DNA from: Octopus sinensis
Taxonomy: Eukaryota
Length of the DNA: 64,000 bases
Direction: 5' to 3'
Assembly (NCBI RefSeq): GCF_006345805.1
Contig: NC_043000.1
Coordinates: 31,434,001-31,498,000, forward strand
Part shown: positions 39,665-53,747 of the stretch, piece by piece
Layout: every line of letters begins with the position of its first letter
Numbering within the stretch: position 1 is the stretch's first letter
Notes under the pieces: model-generated
Databases searched by the model: none
Told to the model about the DNA's origin: nothing
What the model saw: the letters and a program-made list of their open reading frames with translations, nothing else
Position numbers and translations under genes: made by a program

Positions 39665-40235
39665 TATATATATATATCTTATATATATATATATCTTATA
39701 TATATATATATATATATCTTATAATATATATCTTATATATATATATCTTATATATATATAATCTTATATATATATATATCTCTTATATATATATATCTTA
39801 TATATATATATAATCTTATATATATATATATATATCTTATATATATATATAATATCTTATATTATATATATAATATATCTTATATATATATATATATATT
39901 CTTCTATATATATATATATATCTTATATATATGATATATATCTTATATAATATATATATATATCTTATATATTATATATATATAATCTTATATATATATA
40001 TATCTTATATATATATATCTTATATATATATATATCTTATATATATATTCTATATATATTATATAAACCTTATATCTATATATCTATCTTATATATATAT
40101 ATATATCTTATATATATATATATATCTTATATTCTATCTTATATATATATATATCTATATATCTTATATATATATATATATATATATCTTATATATATAT
40201 ATATCTATCTATCATACTATATATATATACATACA
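39340..40235. repeat. (TATC)n followed by about 800 bp of compound (TA)n-TCT repeat
   Basis: Recurring tatatcttatatata units. Confidence 0.95.
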
Positions 40236-40242
40236 CACATAC

Positions 40243-40488
40243 AAGGCTTTAAGGCGGTCCCAGTAATCTAGATAAGTCATGCCGTCAATTCGTTTTGTGA
40301 GTGCCCTCTGGGGTGATTCAATTTTCGAGATGTTTTGTTTTGTATGGGAAGACCACAAGGGGCAGCAGTATTTAAGGTGTGGATGTACAAGGGAGCAGAA
40401 AAGTGGAATGATGGTACCTTGTTCTCTGGACCGGAAGGTTCTTAAGATCCAGGAGCTCACATTACGTGCTATATCGACCTTATTGTTG
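40243..40488 (-). mobile_element. CR1/L2-group LINE RT C-terminal fragment
   Basis: SSWILRTFRSREQGTIIPLFCSLVHPHLKYCCPLWS...KIESPQRALTKRIDGMTYLDYWDRLKAL. Confidence 0.85.
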
Positions 40489-40776
40489 ATATATATAATT
40501 ATACATATAAATATATATTATATATATAATTATACATATAGATATATATATTAATATACATACACAGTCCATACATAATACAAAACAGATGTGTGTGTAT
40601 GTGTTCTTATATATACGCACACAGATATGCATATATGATAATACCGTGTCCGCGTGCAAATGTTAATGTGTGCGAGGATTTATCATTCATCTTTCTATTT
40701 TCCGACATGTTTGTATGTAATACGTGTGCATAAAGCTTCATTGAATATACTTATATAAGATCTACACATGAACGCG

Positions 40777-40826
<50 letters not shown>

Positions 40827-41255
40827 TGTATTATATGTGTATGTAAGTGTGTGTCTATATGCTAGTGTTTGTTTTTATCTCTTTAGGGTTTCGCTGTATT
40901 TGTATGCAATAAGAAACTAAACTGAATATATAAGCTATCTCTTTTTCTCTCCTTCTCAATTTTTCTCTCTCTCTCTCTCCACAGACACACACACACACGC
41001 ACGTTATACATCTAAACATACCCTTGCATCCACTCACATATAATGGCAGAGATATACAGTGAAGTATGAGACTATTTCAGTAAAGAGTCGGAAATAACCA
41101 GCCACAGAGAAAAAGTTAAGAGGATGTTAAAAATACATTTTTCAATTCTGAAACGAAATGCTAATCACCTTTATTATGTAGTGTAAAATTAGTCACCACA
41201 CACACACGCACACACATACATATGTATACACACACATCACACGCACACGTATATA

Positions 41256-41337
<82 letters not shown>

Positions 41338-41386
41338 ATGTATTTATGTACGTGTGTATGCATATACATATGTATACATGTATATA

Positions 41387-41426
<40 letters not shown>

Positions 41427-41983
41427 ATATATATATATGTGTGTATATATATATATATGTGTGTGTGTGTATATATATATATGTGTGTGTGTATATATGT
41501 GTGTGTGTATATATGTGTGTGTATGTATATATGTGTGTGCTTGCGTGTGTATGAGAAAAAGAACACAGTCGGGGTTCAAAATACACAACAGCTGTTTCAA
41601 CAGCATTTTATTGATTACATTTTATTGATTATATCATGGCAAAATATCTGTCATCATCCGGTAAATTGTAAACAATGAGGCACCCGTAGTATTGCCCGTT
41701 CTACAACGTAGCTGTTGAGTGAGTCATCTATTTCTACTTTACCTGTTTGTTGAAAATTTACCTGATGAGAGTAAATTTTTGCTATGATATAATCTAAGCA
41801 TGCATAAGAAAATGTTGCTGAAACAGCTTTTGCGAATTTTGAACCCAACTTAGGTTCTTCTTTTATACATACGCTACACTTGGAACCATCCCTGGGTTAG
41901 GTCAACAATTTATATTGGATTGGGTACCTATGTATGTATGTTTACGTCTATGTGTAATAGAAGATTCTATATAAGTGATATTA

Positions 41984-42220
41984 AGGCGGCGAGCTGGCAG
42001 AAACGTTAGCACGCCGGGCGAAATGCTTACCGATATTTCGTCTGCCGCTACGTTCTGAGTTCAAATTCCGCCGAGGTCGACTTTGCCTTTCATCCTTTCT
42101 GGGTCGATTAAATAAGTACCAGTTACGCACTGGGGTCGATGTAATCGACTTAATCCGTTTGTCTGCCCTTGTTTGTCCCCTCTATGTTTAGCCCCTTGTG
42201 GGTAGTAAAGCAATAGGTAT
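41984..42220 (+). mobile_element. SINE family A, near-consensus full copy
   Basis: ggcggcgagctggcagaaacgttagcacgccgggcg...gagttcaaattccgccg...gtaaagcaataggt. Confidence 0.92.
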
Positions 42221-42967
42221 TTATTTTATTGACCCCGAAGGTATAGAACGGCAAAGTTAATCTCGACAACATTTGAACTCAGAATGTAAAGAGCCGGAAG
42301 AAATGCTGCTAAGTATTTTGTCCGGTGAGGTAATGATTTTTCCAGAATACCGACTTTTCGAAATTGTTTCAATATTGCTGATACAAGGCCAGCTGCTAAT
42401 CGATATCATCGTCCAAGTTTTTGACCGTACTTTATTTTATCTACCCCGAAAGGATGAAAAGCAAACTTAACCTTCGCAGGATTTGAACTCAAAGTGTAAA
42501 GAAGCGGGAGCAATACTACAATGCTTTTTCTCGAATGTTCTAACAATTCCGCTAAAAATGCCGCTCTTAAAATCCAAATCTTGAAACGGCAACGTTGCTG
42601 CAAGAAACGAACAACAATCTGTTGGGAACATAGCTCAGCCCCTTATCCATTCGGCTCGTTGCAACTGGCATCATTTCCAGTGTTGGAATGAAAATAAAAG
42701 TCTAATCTGAATCTAATACGTGTTCGAATGTACGGCTCAGTGCTACGATATTAAATATTCTTCCTTACAACAAGATAACTAATTTCCGGGTATAAAACCT
42801 CTCCCACACCCCGAGTATAATAATTCTATTCTGTTACCTGACGATGCAAGAAATTTTACGAAGCCAAAGCCAGGATGTTTAAAATGGTTTGACTAGTGTT
42901 ACGTGATGATGCCTCATTTAACCTGATCAGTTGGAAGCGATATATATATATACACATATACACACAT

Positions 42968-43051
<84 letters not shown>

Positions 43052-43114
43052 AAAAGACAAAGAGAGAGTGAGATAGACAGATATATATATATATAGATAG
43101 ATAGATAGATAGAT

Positions 43115-43176
<62 letters not shown>

Positions 43177-44289
43177 TATGGTTTATATAATTTAAGTCGA
43201 TATTTATAGGCAGCAGACAAACCACTGTTTCTCTGGAAATAGCCAAATTCTTATTAATAAATAAAGATCTCTTCAAAAATTAAGTTGCAAGATATTATTT
43301 GGTGCTGCCATATTTAATTTCTTTGAAATTGTATTTTGGTGGCTGAATCGTCTAGTTGATTATTGTGGCAGTTGACCTTAGTATCTGTGAAAGGTCATGC
43401 AGAATGTGATGTATGGAATCACCTGTCACTTTATTCACGAGTGGAATACGTTATAAGCTATTTTAAAGTTTGTATCACTTAGTTTTCTATATCCAACGAT
43501 TCTTTGGGGCTGCGTTTGAAACAGTGGAGAAAACTTCTAGTTGTTGAGCCAGTTTGCATTGTAGTTCATTATTGGAACCATTTCCTCTCTCACCTTTACA
43601 TCATTGATGTGAAATGCAAAGAACAAAATTTCAAGCTTCTTCTTGTACACAATACATTCGATGGAAGTTTTTCTCCTCGTTTAACTAGCTTGTCTTACAC
43701 ATAGTTGTTCTTGGTGGATAGCTGAGCCCTTCTTATCTTACTGTGATATTATGACCGGTTTGTTTAACCCCAGGACGACTATGATTGGACAGATCTATAA
43801 TCAAACGTACACTAAGTATAAACAGCCACCATTCATATTTAAAGACTCCCAGAGACAAACAGCATAATGTAATTTCAAGGATATTTTAGCTGTATTTCCA
43901 GTAGGTCGGGTGATGCCTTAAGGGCTTCACAATGAGGAACTTTAATACACAGAGGCTCTTGAAGTTCTTCATTGGTAGTTTAATGGTAAATTTTTGGTGA
44001 AATGCAGCTATACTTTCATTTCTATTGAAAACAACTCCATTTGTGTTATTAATACGCAAAATAAAATGAGAAACTAGAAGGCTTCTCTCAAAACTATTCG
44101 TAACGTTCGTATTTCAAACATCTCCTCGTTGGACCTCTTGTATGAACAAATCCATTTCCAAACTTGTTCTCTCCTCTGATTTTAGAACATGACCTTAAAT
44201 AATAAAATTCTCAGACATTTAGACTGAGAGAATCTTTGAAAAGATTTTATTTTTACCCGTCTCACACGTGTTGTTTGATGATATCAGTT

Positions 44290-44990
44290 TATATGTTTGT
44301 CTACTAATTGCGACTAAATTTTGACACTTTCCTAAATTTGATGAACTGTTTAAGAAACTCAAAAGAGTTTTGATGAGGATGAGAACCAGCCCTCACTTTC
44401 TCCATGGCGAGCACAAATGACACTAACAAGAAAATAATGCTTTGTTATAGACCTTTCACAAACGTCAATGCATTTTAAACGCTTGTTCCAATTCTTAAAA
44501 TTGAAAACTTCGGAGATTCTATTTCCTGCAATAAATTCTACAGAAAAGTGGATCAGAAAACCGCATACCACCAGACTCCATTCCATAATGACGATAAGAG
44601 ATATATCGAAGTTTACAAGGTGACACTTTGGTGTGATTAATGGCGTCAGCATTTATCAAACTGTGATAAATGATGCCATTGCTGACAATGATATCAAAAG
44701 AGTTCCCATGCCTATTTCGACCGAGTCACTGTTGTTGACAGAACGATTGCGGATGACAATAAAATCTTCACTAACTTTACTTCAATTCTTACCAGGTTTA
44801 TGACATTTCATTGAACAAAGATGGCAATCGTCTTCATCGCCAAACAGCCATTTGTTACTTAGGAAACAAAATAGAAATGAATTCTCTGTTAGATTTTTTC
44901 AGAAAGATTGTAAACCCTCGTCCAGTACCCGACACTCAACAACAATAAGGGATATTAAGTTACTACTCTCTTCTCCAAGTCTCTTTCTCG
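44290..44990 (+). mobile_element. Ty3/Gypsy LTR-retrotransposon reverse transcriptase relic (frameshifted)
   Basis: Manual translation across frames: LIATKF...QPSLSPWRAQM...VIDLSQT...KVDQKTAYHQTPFHNDDK...FTR*HFGVINGVSIYQTVI...HAYFDRVTV (YxDD-like). Confidence 0.75.
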
Positions 44991-45861
44991 CCCTAAACTA
45001 AACTTCTCATTCAATTGATGGTATCCTGATCAATTTAGGCACCAAAGATGACTTAAATAAACGATGAATAAATAATATCTTCTCTAATTAAATTATAGTT
45101 CTATAATAAGGAGAATGACAACGCTAACTCTTTGTTCAGAAACGCTGCCAGAAAACAATGATGTGAGGCTTTAAATGAATGGCCTGGTATAGTTAGGTTC
45201 CGTTTTTGTACGATTACAAACAAGACGAGTCATGAAATAATATTTCCCTGGCAGCATTAGCGATCGTCTTTACGGTTTGGCTGTCTGAATACGGAGTAGA
45301 CATATTCAGATGGTTTAATCTTACATATAAACATGAATTAAAAGCCGTTCATGTAAATTCTTTGTCAGAAACCTAGATGCTTCAATTGAAATTGTTCCAG
45401 CTTAAGATGTAGCGGTGTCTGGAAGATTGACTTCCACAAAAAAAAATCTAACGAATTCTGGTTCCACTGAAGAGAGAGTTCCATTGGGAATTGCTGCAAT
45501 GTTATTGAATTCGTGAAGAATTTTTCCCCCCACGTCAACTCTAGGACCGAAGATGGATATTTATTTGATGATTCGAGTCGTTGCACTCGAATAAGCTTGT
45601 GAGCAATCCAGCATCGATCAGGTATTTGAAGAAGATATTACAGATATTTCAAGAGAATGGTGGCAAAACTGTAATTTTCATTTTCAATTTCATAGACTTC
45701 ACCTAAATGTAAAGTCTAATAAATGCTATTTCCGGTTTGTATGCATTATGGGAGCCAACTATATGCAACAAATACAGACGTTGGATGTTTTGAGTTGAAT
45801 CCAAACGATCTTAAATATTTGCCACGTCACAGTAATCCGTAATAATTGATTGGTATATAAG

Positions 45862-46646
45862 GCAGAATCAAGCTGGCAGAATCGTTAGCGCGCCGGGCGA
45901 AATTTCTAGTGGTATTTTTTCTGCCGTTACGTTCTGAGTTCAAATTCCGCTGAGGTCGACTTTGCCTTTCATCCTTTCGGGGTCGATTAAATAAGTACCA
46001 GTACGCACTGAAGTCGATATAATCGACTTAATCCATGTGTCTGTCCTTGTTTGTCCCTTCTGTGTTTAGTCCCTTGTGAGTAGTAAAGAAATAGGTATTT
46101 CGCCTGCCGTTACGTTCTGAGTTCTAATTCCACCGAGGTCGACTTTGCCTTTCATCCATTCGGGGTCGATTAAAAAAGTACCAGTACGCACTGAGGTCGA
46201 TATAATCGACTTAATCCATGTGTCTGTCCTTGTTTGTCCCTTCTGTGTTTAGTCCCTTGTGGATAGTAAAGAAATAGGTATTTCGTTTGCCGTTACGTTC
46301 TGAGTTCAAATTCCGCCGAAGTCGACTTTGCCTTTCATCCTTTCGGGGTCGATTAAATAAGTACCAGTACGCACTGAGGTCGATATAATCGACTTAATCC
46401 ATGTGTCTGTCCTTGTTTGTCCCTTCTGTGTTTAGTCCCTTGTGAGTAGTAAAGAAATAGGTATTTCGTTTGCCGTTACGTTCTGAGTTCAAATTCCGCC
46501 GAAGTCGACTTTGCTTTTCATCCTTTCGGGGTCGATTAAATAAGTACCAGTTACACACTGGGGTCGATATAATCGACTTAATCCATGTGTCTGTCCTTGT
46601 TTGTCCTCTCTGTGTTTAGCCCTCTGTAGGTAGTAAAGAAATAGGT
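45862..46646 (+). mobile_element. SINE A tetramer: one headed unit plus three head-less units, period 183-184 bp
   Basis: ggta boundary at 45911, 46094, 46277, 46460 and 46644. Confidence 0.92.
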
Positions 46647-47421
46647 ACACAAAGCCTGATGTTTGAAGGGAAAGAAGGACAGGAAGGTTTTATCCGTCCC
46701 TTTTTTCTCTGGCAGTTGCATCAGTGAAGCATTTATAATATTCAACTGCACAACATGATTCCTAGACAAGAAATAGCTAATTACTCGCAGACAGCAAGAC
46801 CCATTTTCATTTAATGTCTCATCTGATCCCCCCCACCACCACCTTTTATAAATGTCACACAATATCATTTCTCTTTTTTCGTTATTGTTGCTTTTGTTGT
46901 TGTTTCTGAGTTTGGCACAAAGCTAGCAAATTTTCGATGAGGGAAAATAGTCAATAAAGTGGGCCTCGGTACGTGACTGGTATTCATTTTATCGACAGCG
47001 AAAGGATGAACAGTAAATAGATGCCTTCAGCAGGAGTTGAACTCAGAATGTAAAGAGCAAGAAGAAACACTGCAAGGCATTTTCTCCGACGCTGCAACGA
47101 TTCTGTTTCCGCCTTGTCACTGTCTTCGTCATGACAATGACGGCGACGACGACGCTTTAAGAAATATGCTGACTTATATAAAAATAAAAAAAAGCAACTT
47201 TAAGTTAAGTGACTTCAGCTAAGTGGTGTTTAAAAGACGGCGACGAGATATGGCATTGTTGCTGCTAAAATGTACAGATAGATGATTTCAAAACAACATT
47301 AAATGTATTTATCTGTCGAAGCTTTTTATATTCAATTGATTCAAGCGAAGTACAAGATCTGATATAGATTAGAGGTGAGGGAAGAATGGAACAGATGATA
47401 AAACTATCTTCAATAGGAATG

Positions 47422-47456
<35 letters not shown>

Positions 47457-47651
47457 CTTTCTGGATACCAGAGGAAAAGTTGACACTTCACTGTTCTAAA
47501 CAGACTTGAACGCACATACGCACACGCACAAATTACGTATATGCACACATATGCACACAAATTACATACAGACTTATATGTCTATATGTGTGAGTGCGTG
47601 TGTGTGCGCGTCTATGTATACATGTCATTTGTATGTGCATGCATATATATA

Positions 47652-47687
<36 letters not shown>

Positions 47688-47793
47688 CATACACATATAT
47701 ATACACATTCGCACACATATATAAAATATATACATACATGCATATCTATAGACACTTACATACACACACAGATGCACATATATATATTCATTC

Positions 47794-47828
<35 letters not shown>

Positions 47829-47924
47829 TGTATGTATATTGTAAAACAGCTGTCACTTGATCACTTTATACAGCAACAGTAAAAATCGAAGAATATTGAG
47901 CCGTTTCTGTCGTAGCGAGCACAG

Positions 47925-47956
<32 letters not shown>

Positions 47957-48166
47957 AGCAGATGTTGGTATCAATGCCGTTATTTTATTTTAATTTATTT
48001 TTGCATACTATCTGCTAGCTCACTTATGTTATCTGGGACATAATACATATGGATAAACGTTTATTCCAAGCCTGATACAAGTTTTATGCTAACCAGGTGT
48101 CGCTATTTATATAACACAACCTTCATTTAATACAGTGTCTTCTTTTACTCTGCTTTTTATTTATTT

Positions 48167-48202
<36 letters not shown>

Positions 48203-48589
48203 TTCATTTATTTAGGTTACTTCATTTTATCGTTTGATGGCGGCCGCTTCTAATCGTTCATAATGTTTTATTAAAATATATTGCGTTCATTTTTCGATAG
48301 AAATTCATCTTTGCTAATTATTTCACTGATTAACGAACAAAAGGCGGTCGATCTAGAAATTGCGTGAAAATCTTTCATCTTTTTTTTATAACGAACACAT
48401 TTCAAAGTCCATTGATATTTAAGCAGAAAGAAACTTTCTTGCAATATTCTGCTAATAAAACAATTAAAAGCATCATTCATCGCAAATTTTCTGAAAGGCT
48501 TCGATAGTTTCTTTTCTTCATTTAGTGCCAGGAAATACTTAACATGACTTTTATTGGTTTCTATTTTTACTAAAAGCTAATAAAAATAC

Positions 48590-48830
48590 AAAATGGCTGA
48601 CCGTTAGTAAGGAGAGACACACAAATAGTAAAGAAGAAAGCAAAGGACCACTGATGAGGTCACAGAAGTGTGACGAAAGAACTCTGGCCGAAATAAGATT
48701 AAAATTAATGTAAAAAATAAATAACGCTGAAGCAAATTAAAACCAAATATATAGTGCGTGTATTTTTATTGGCTAAACTGGCAAAATGACCATTCCTAAA
48801 TACAACAACATCTGTTTCAACACATGATTT
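48590..48830 (+). mobile_element. Solo arm of family E with canonical-core hammerhead-like motif at 48645-48689
   Basis: GGACCA-CTGATGA-G-GTCACA-GAAG-TGTGAC-GAAA-G-AA-C-TC-TGGCC. Confidence 0.72.
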
Positions 48831-49185
48831 CACATCAAGAATCTTGCAAAACAAATATATAAACGTAATAAAAATTACATTTACTAAATAGGTTTATGGC
48901 TACTTCCAGTGGCGTTATGAAGGAAAGGTTGGCCTCTCAACTAATGAATTGGGAATTTGTATCTTTCCACTGTTACTGGGTGGCACTTTGAGAAAATGTG
49001 CACAAAGCCTGCCTGACAAGGGAATCGCTACATATGCAGAGAGAGAGAGAGAGAAGTGGAATGGATCCTTCTTTTATGAAAACGAATTCTGTCTTGTTTT
49101 TGCTTACACAAAAAATATTTTTCCCTATTTACTTAGTTCTTTTGCAGAACTCATCGCACTAAGAATCTCTCTTTCACTCTCTCTG

Positions 49186-49218
<33 letters not shown>

Positions 49219-49257
49219 ACTCTCTCTCTCTCTCTCACTAGCTCTCTCTCCCTCTCG

Positions 49258-49700
49258 CTCTTCGTGTGCCGTGTGCTATTTGCCCTGGTTACAGGTGTCG
49301 CTGACCATGGTCCCCTATGTCCCTCTCTGAGCATGTCTTTCTGAAGACGATTTCTACAGCTCTGTAGTATCTTCTTGTGCCTTTCGTGGCTTTTTCCTTT
49401 CAGTTAGTTTCTCGGTTACCAGCAACAGTTCAAGGTTTTGACTTCTTACAAGGTGTCCCACGAACCTAATCTGCTCTCTTCATATGTCGTTGAGAAATTC
49501 GACCAACAGTTGTTCCCCTATCCTCCTAGTGTACCTTCAACTTTCTCCTAAGGACAAAATCTCTGCAGCATTGATAAGCTGTTGCACTTGTTTGCTGATG
49601 TTCCAGGTCCTACAACCACATGTATGGGTGGGTTCTATATATGACCCTCATATTGACAAAATAGCTGAAAATATTAAAGTTTTCCACCCATATCCTACAC
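49258..49700 (-). mobile_element. RTE-clade LINE 3' fragment
   Basis: Manual translation: YIEPTHTCGCRTWNISKQVQQLINAAE...QIRFVGHLVRSQNLELLLVTEKLTERKKPRK; ends at a (GA)n tract. Confidence 0.78.
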
Positions 49701-50763
49701 CAGTGTTTAGAAATGGAATTAAGAATTTATGTACCTAGCATTGAAATTTTGACGGAAATTCACAGCACAAATTATAAGTTAACGTAAAAAACCACAGCGA
49801 CAGTCTACCCTCATCTGAAATAAATATACCCAGAGAAAGTGGGTTATTATTAAGTACCTTGTCTAACTGAAGGATAAACTGAATACCAGTCACGTACCGA
49901 GGCCCACTTTATTGACTATTTTAAACTTCTAGATCAACCAGCTTCCCTTTGGAGGTGGGGGAGTTTGTCGGCGTTACAGGGTACTGAGATCCAATTCTAC
50001 CTGGAGTTTTTTTCTCCGTAAGTGAAGGGGGTTGCTTTTATTTATTATTTGTGTTTCATCTATATTTATATTATTTATAATTATATACTCATTTATTTAT
50101 TTATGTATTTTTATTTAAAATTATTAATGTGACCCAAAATATTGTTTAATGTCTCGATTTTACAAAACTGTGTGTTTATATCTCTGCAGATAGCAAATTT
50201 CTCTTTTTGTAGCACGTTGCTGTATGGATAAATGGATTTATGTGACGAAATGAAACGGTTACTATTATTGTTATTGTTGATGTTGTTGGTCATGATCGGA
50301 TAGCTATAAACGAGTTCTGGAGAATTTGCAGAGGTTCGAACAACGTTTCGGGTTTTTTTTTTCGCTTATTTTGCCGAGAAAGGGTTTTAAGTTATTTAAT
50401 CATTCAAGCCAAGTTCTAAAAGAAGGTTCTCTCTAACCCTAGCCCCGAAGTACTGCGGATCGATATGATCAATAACACCTTCCTTAAAACGGGTAACTTT
50501 GTTACTGTGTTATTATTGATTGTAGAATCGGTAAAGAATCAAGAGAAAATCAGTGGAGCGTTGCAAAATGTGCTTTTGTTATATGTTTCGATACTTTACA
50601 GTCTGATTTCAAATACCATCAAAGTAGCCTTCGTCTTTTATCCTTTTGGGCCGTTTAAAAAAGTTACCGTTCAAAAAAGTTACCATTTATTATTATTATT
50701 ATATGCCCTGATGCAGTACCACCAGACAGTGGCTCTCATGGCTCCTGATCTTAACTGGTTGGA

Positions 50764-50835
<72 letters not shown>

Positions 50836-50844
50836 GTTATTATA

Positions 50845-51540
50845 TGTTTGACTTTTGCTTTGTATTTATACAAGTTGGCTCCTAGTCTCACCCAGAGACC
50901 TAAAGAGACAACAATTTAGAAGTTCATGTTGGTGTCATGCGTAGGGTGTCATGTATTTTGCAAATAGTATTGTTCTAGAGAATGTTTAAGAAAACGCAAG
51001 AAAATTACGAGTTTGTTTTAAACATTGAGATTGTATAGACAGTATTTTAGGTAGGATATGGGCAGTTCCCATGAGCACTATCTTTTGAATTTTTGCCATT
51101 TTGGGGTTTCCTGGTATCTGAGCTAGGTAGCAATCAGCCCTTTTTCCTATCATTCCTAGGGCACCTATGACAATAGTTAGTGTTTTAGTCTTGAGGTTCC
51201 ACATTTTGCCAATTTCTATTTCAAGATCTTTATACTTGCTCAGTTTTTGGTAGTTCTCGACAGCTACATTTATGTCGATTGGGACAGTCATATCAATGAG
51301 GAAGCCTACATATTAAAGAGCGGCAGTAGCCCAACATGTTGTGTATGTAAACAACAGAATGAAACCATTGATCATGTTGTCTCCATGTGCAGTCTTCTTG
51401 TGCCTACAGAGTATCTCAACAGGCATGATAGAGCTGCACAATATATTCACTGGGCAATGCTCAAAATCCTGGACCTTGCCCCATGATAAAAACTTGTGGG
51501 AACACAAACCACATCCAGTAGATGGATATCGAATGGATTG
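50845..51540 (-). mobile_element. R4/Dong-like element with inverted 5' segment
   Basis: Minus strand ~51305-50845: LIDMTVPIDINV...IVIGALGMI...QKIVLMGTAHIL plus 3' UTR and (TAA)n. Plus strand ~51302-51540: YILKSGSSPTCCVCKQQNETIDHVVSMC...RHDRAAQYIHW. Confidence 0.85.
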
Positions 51541-52274
51541 TACTTTTAATTCCAATACCTCTCGCTTCTTGCAGAACGTGTTGCTCTGATTCCGCTTCAC
51601 AGTTACGTTAAGTATACACGTGTGCGAGATACTCAGTCACCTACATGCTAATTCAATGAGCAGGAAGCTCAGTTGATCGAATGAACTGAATATTCAGGGT
51701 AAAAATCGATGGAAATCCACTCCGTATTTTTCTTACAACATGGCGTACTTTTGTAATTTCTAAACACTGATTTTATATCACAGTTTCTTTGTTTCTTTTT
51801 TACAATGTTTTCATAGATCGTAGAGTTAGCCTCGTGGACATCTGCTAAAATATACAGCTTTGTAGTACGATTCCTTCAGAAACATACGTAACACGCTGAC
51901 TGTTTCTAGTTATTTTGTGTGCCTTAATTTATGGAGCGCGTACATGTAAATACATGTTAATACATGAATATGTTAGATGTTTATAATTTATGCAGTGGCT
52001 GAGTGAATGCATATATGCTATGCGTGAATATTTATTACGTGTTTGTAATTTATGCAATGTGTGTGTTAATGCATGTTAATATATGAATATTTATGTTATG
52101 TCTCTATAATTTATGCAATATGTGCGCGTGCGTGTGAATGCATATTTAATCTATAATTATTTAAATATCACAAGAAACACAGCTGTTTCTGAATTGACAC
52201 ATTTCTTCTTCGCAAACAGGAATGAAATTACTTTTAAAATACATTTGCATGTTTTTATATTTTTATTATTATAT

Positions 52275-52560
52275 TCTGTGTCCTCTCCTCCCCTGGCCTA
52301 GTGGTTAGAGCAGCGGATTCGCGGTCGAGGGATTGCGGGTTCGAATCTCAGACCGGGCAATGTGTCGCTTATGAGCGAAACACCTAAGCTCCACGCGGCT
52401 CCGGCAGAAGGTAATGGCGAACTTCTGCTGACTCTTTCGCTACAACTTTCTCTCTCTCTCTTTCCTCCTGCGACGGACCGGCGTCCCGTCCAGGTGGGGA
52501 ACCCATACGCCAAGAAACCGGGAAACCGGCCCTTATGAGCCAGGCATGGCTCGAGAAGGA
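52275..52560 (+). mobile_element. tRNA-derived SINE family B
   Basis: tggcctagtggttagagcagcggattcgcggtcgagggattgcgggttcgaatctcagacc head. Confidence 0.82.
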
Positions 52561-53189
52561 ATAAGCAACAACATATACCGTGGGTTAACATTAGATAATG
52601 TGTCAATGTGTCCCTTCTGTTTAGATATATTCTCTAAAAAAACTAATGTAGAGCTAAAACCCCCTTTGTTACCAATTTGGTTTTTGAAATACATTGCCTT
52701 TATTTTAATTAATTGTAGCGGGTGGGACAAAATAACCTCGCGATATTTAAACTGGTGTTTGGAGCATAATTTAATAGGAAATTTAAATGGAGGTTTTAAA
52801 TTTAGATCATTTTAAAACCGGAGGTTTGTATCATAAGAGCAACAGAGGTCTCAGACAGTTTGGTATCCCGGCTAAGCCCTACAAAACGGGCGATTAGTCT
52901 CTCCCTAGAGAGACACCAATCTCTCTTAAGTAACATTACTGTCAAGCACCTATTTCCAAATAACCGGGTGGAACTGAGACAGTCAATCAGTCAACTAGCA
53001 ATTCATTACTGAATTCAATTGCAAAGAGGACATCAAACAGAACTAAAAGCTAATGAACACTTCGTTACTTTTACAGTGCTCCCACTGTGGAACTGAATAA
53101 GATCCCGTTCAGATTTTTCTTCACCTACCGCGGTCCGCAATGGTTCTTACCCTCTTAACTAGTTTATTCTTTAAAATAAATGTATAAAT

Positions 53190-53420
53190 TAGTAAACATT
53201 ATTGTTGTATTTAGGAATGGTCATTTTGCCAGTTTAGCCAATAAAAACACACGCGCTATATATTTGGTGTTACTTTGCTTCAGTGTTATTTATTTTTTAC
53301 ATTAATCTTAATCTTATTTCGGCCAGAGTTCTTTCGTCACACGCCTGTGACCGCATCAGTGGTCCTTTGCTTTCTTCTTTCTTATTTGTGTCTCTCCTTA
53401 CTAACTGTCAGCTATTTTGT
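53190..53420 (-). mobile_element. Solo arm of family E, hammerhead-like motif at 53321-53365 (A9 changed to C)
   Basis: Reverse complement of 48590-48830 with substitutions. Confidence 0.72.
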
Positions 53421-53696
53421 ATTTCTATTGTATGTCTTCATTTGTGCATGCGTATACCTCTATGTGTGTCTATGTTTAGTTAGTGTGTGTGTGTGGGGGG
53501 GAAGTGTCTTTATTATTTGTATCTCCTGTTTATATTCGTTCGTGTAATTTGTTTTTGTTTTTGTTTATTTTTATTTTGTTCATGTGTTTACACTTATTAT
53601 AATTATTATTATTATTATTATTATATTATCATTATTATTATTATTACGTATGTATGTATAATAACAACAACAACAACAACAACAATAATTATAATA

Positions 53697-53747
<51 letters not shown>

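Noticed and set aside
41654-41848. ORF with GKVEIDDS resembling the Merlin/IS1595 VEIDES motif; nearby CTGATGAG
   Set aside because: Single-motif match only; the CTGATGAG has no stem II or GAAA partner, so it is not a hammerhead.
45862-46646. Regular repeat array superficially like a CRISPR locus
   Set aside because: The whole 183-bp unit repeats with no unique spacers, it is SINE-derived, and there are no cas genes.
48590-53420. A single 4.8-kb element bounded by the two family E arms
   Set aside because: The arms are oriented outer-end to outer-end, the reverse of the intact fold-back at 31855-32242.
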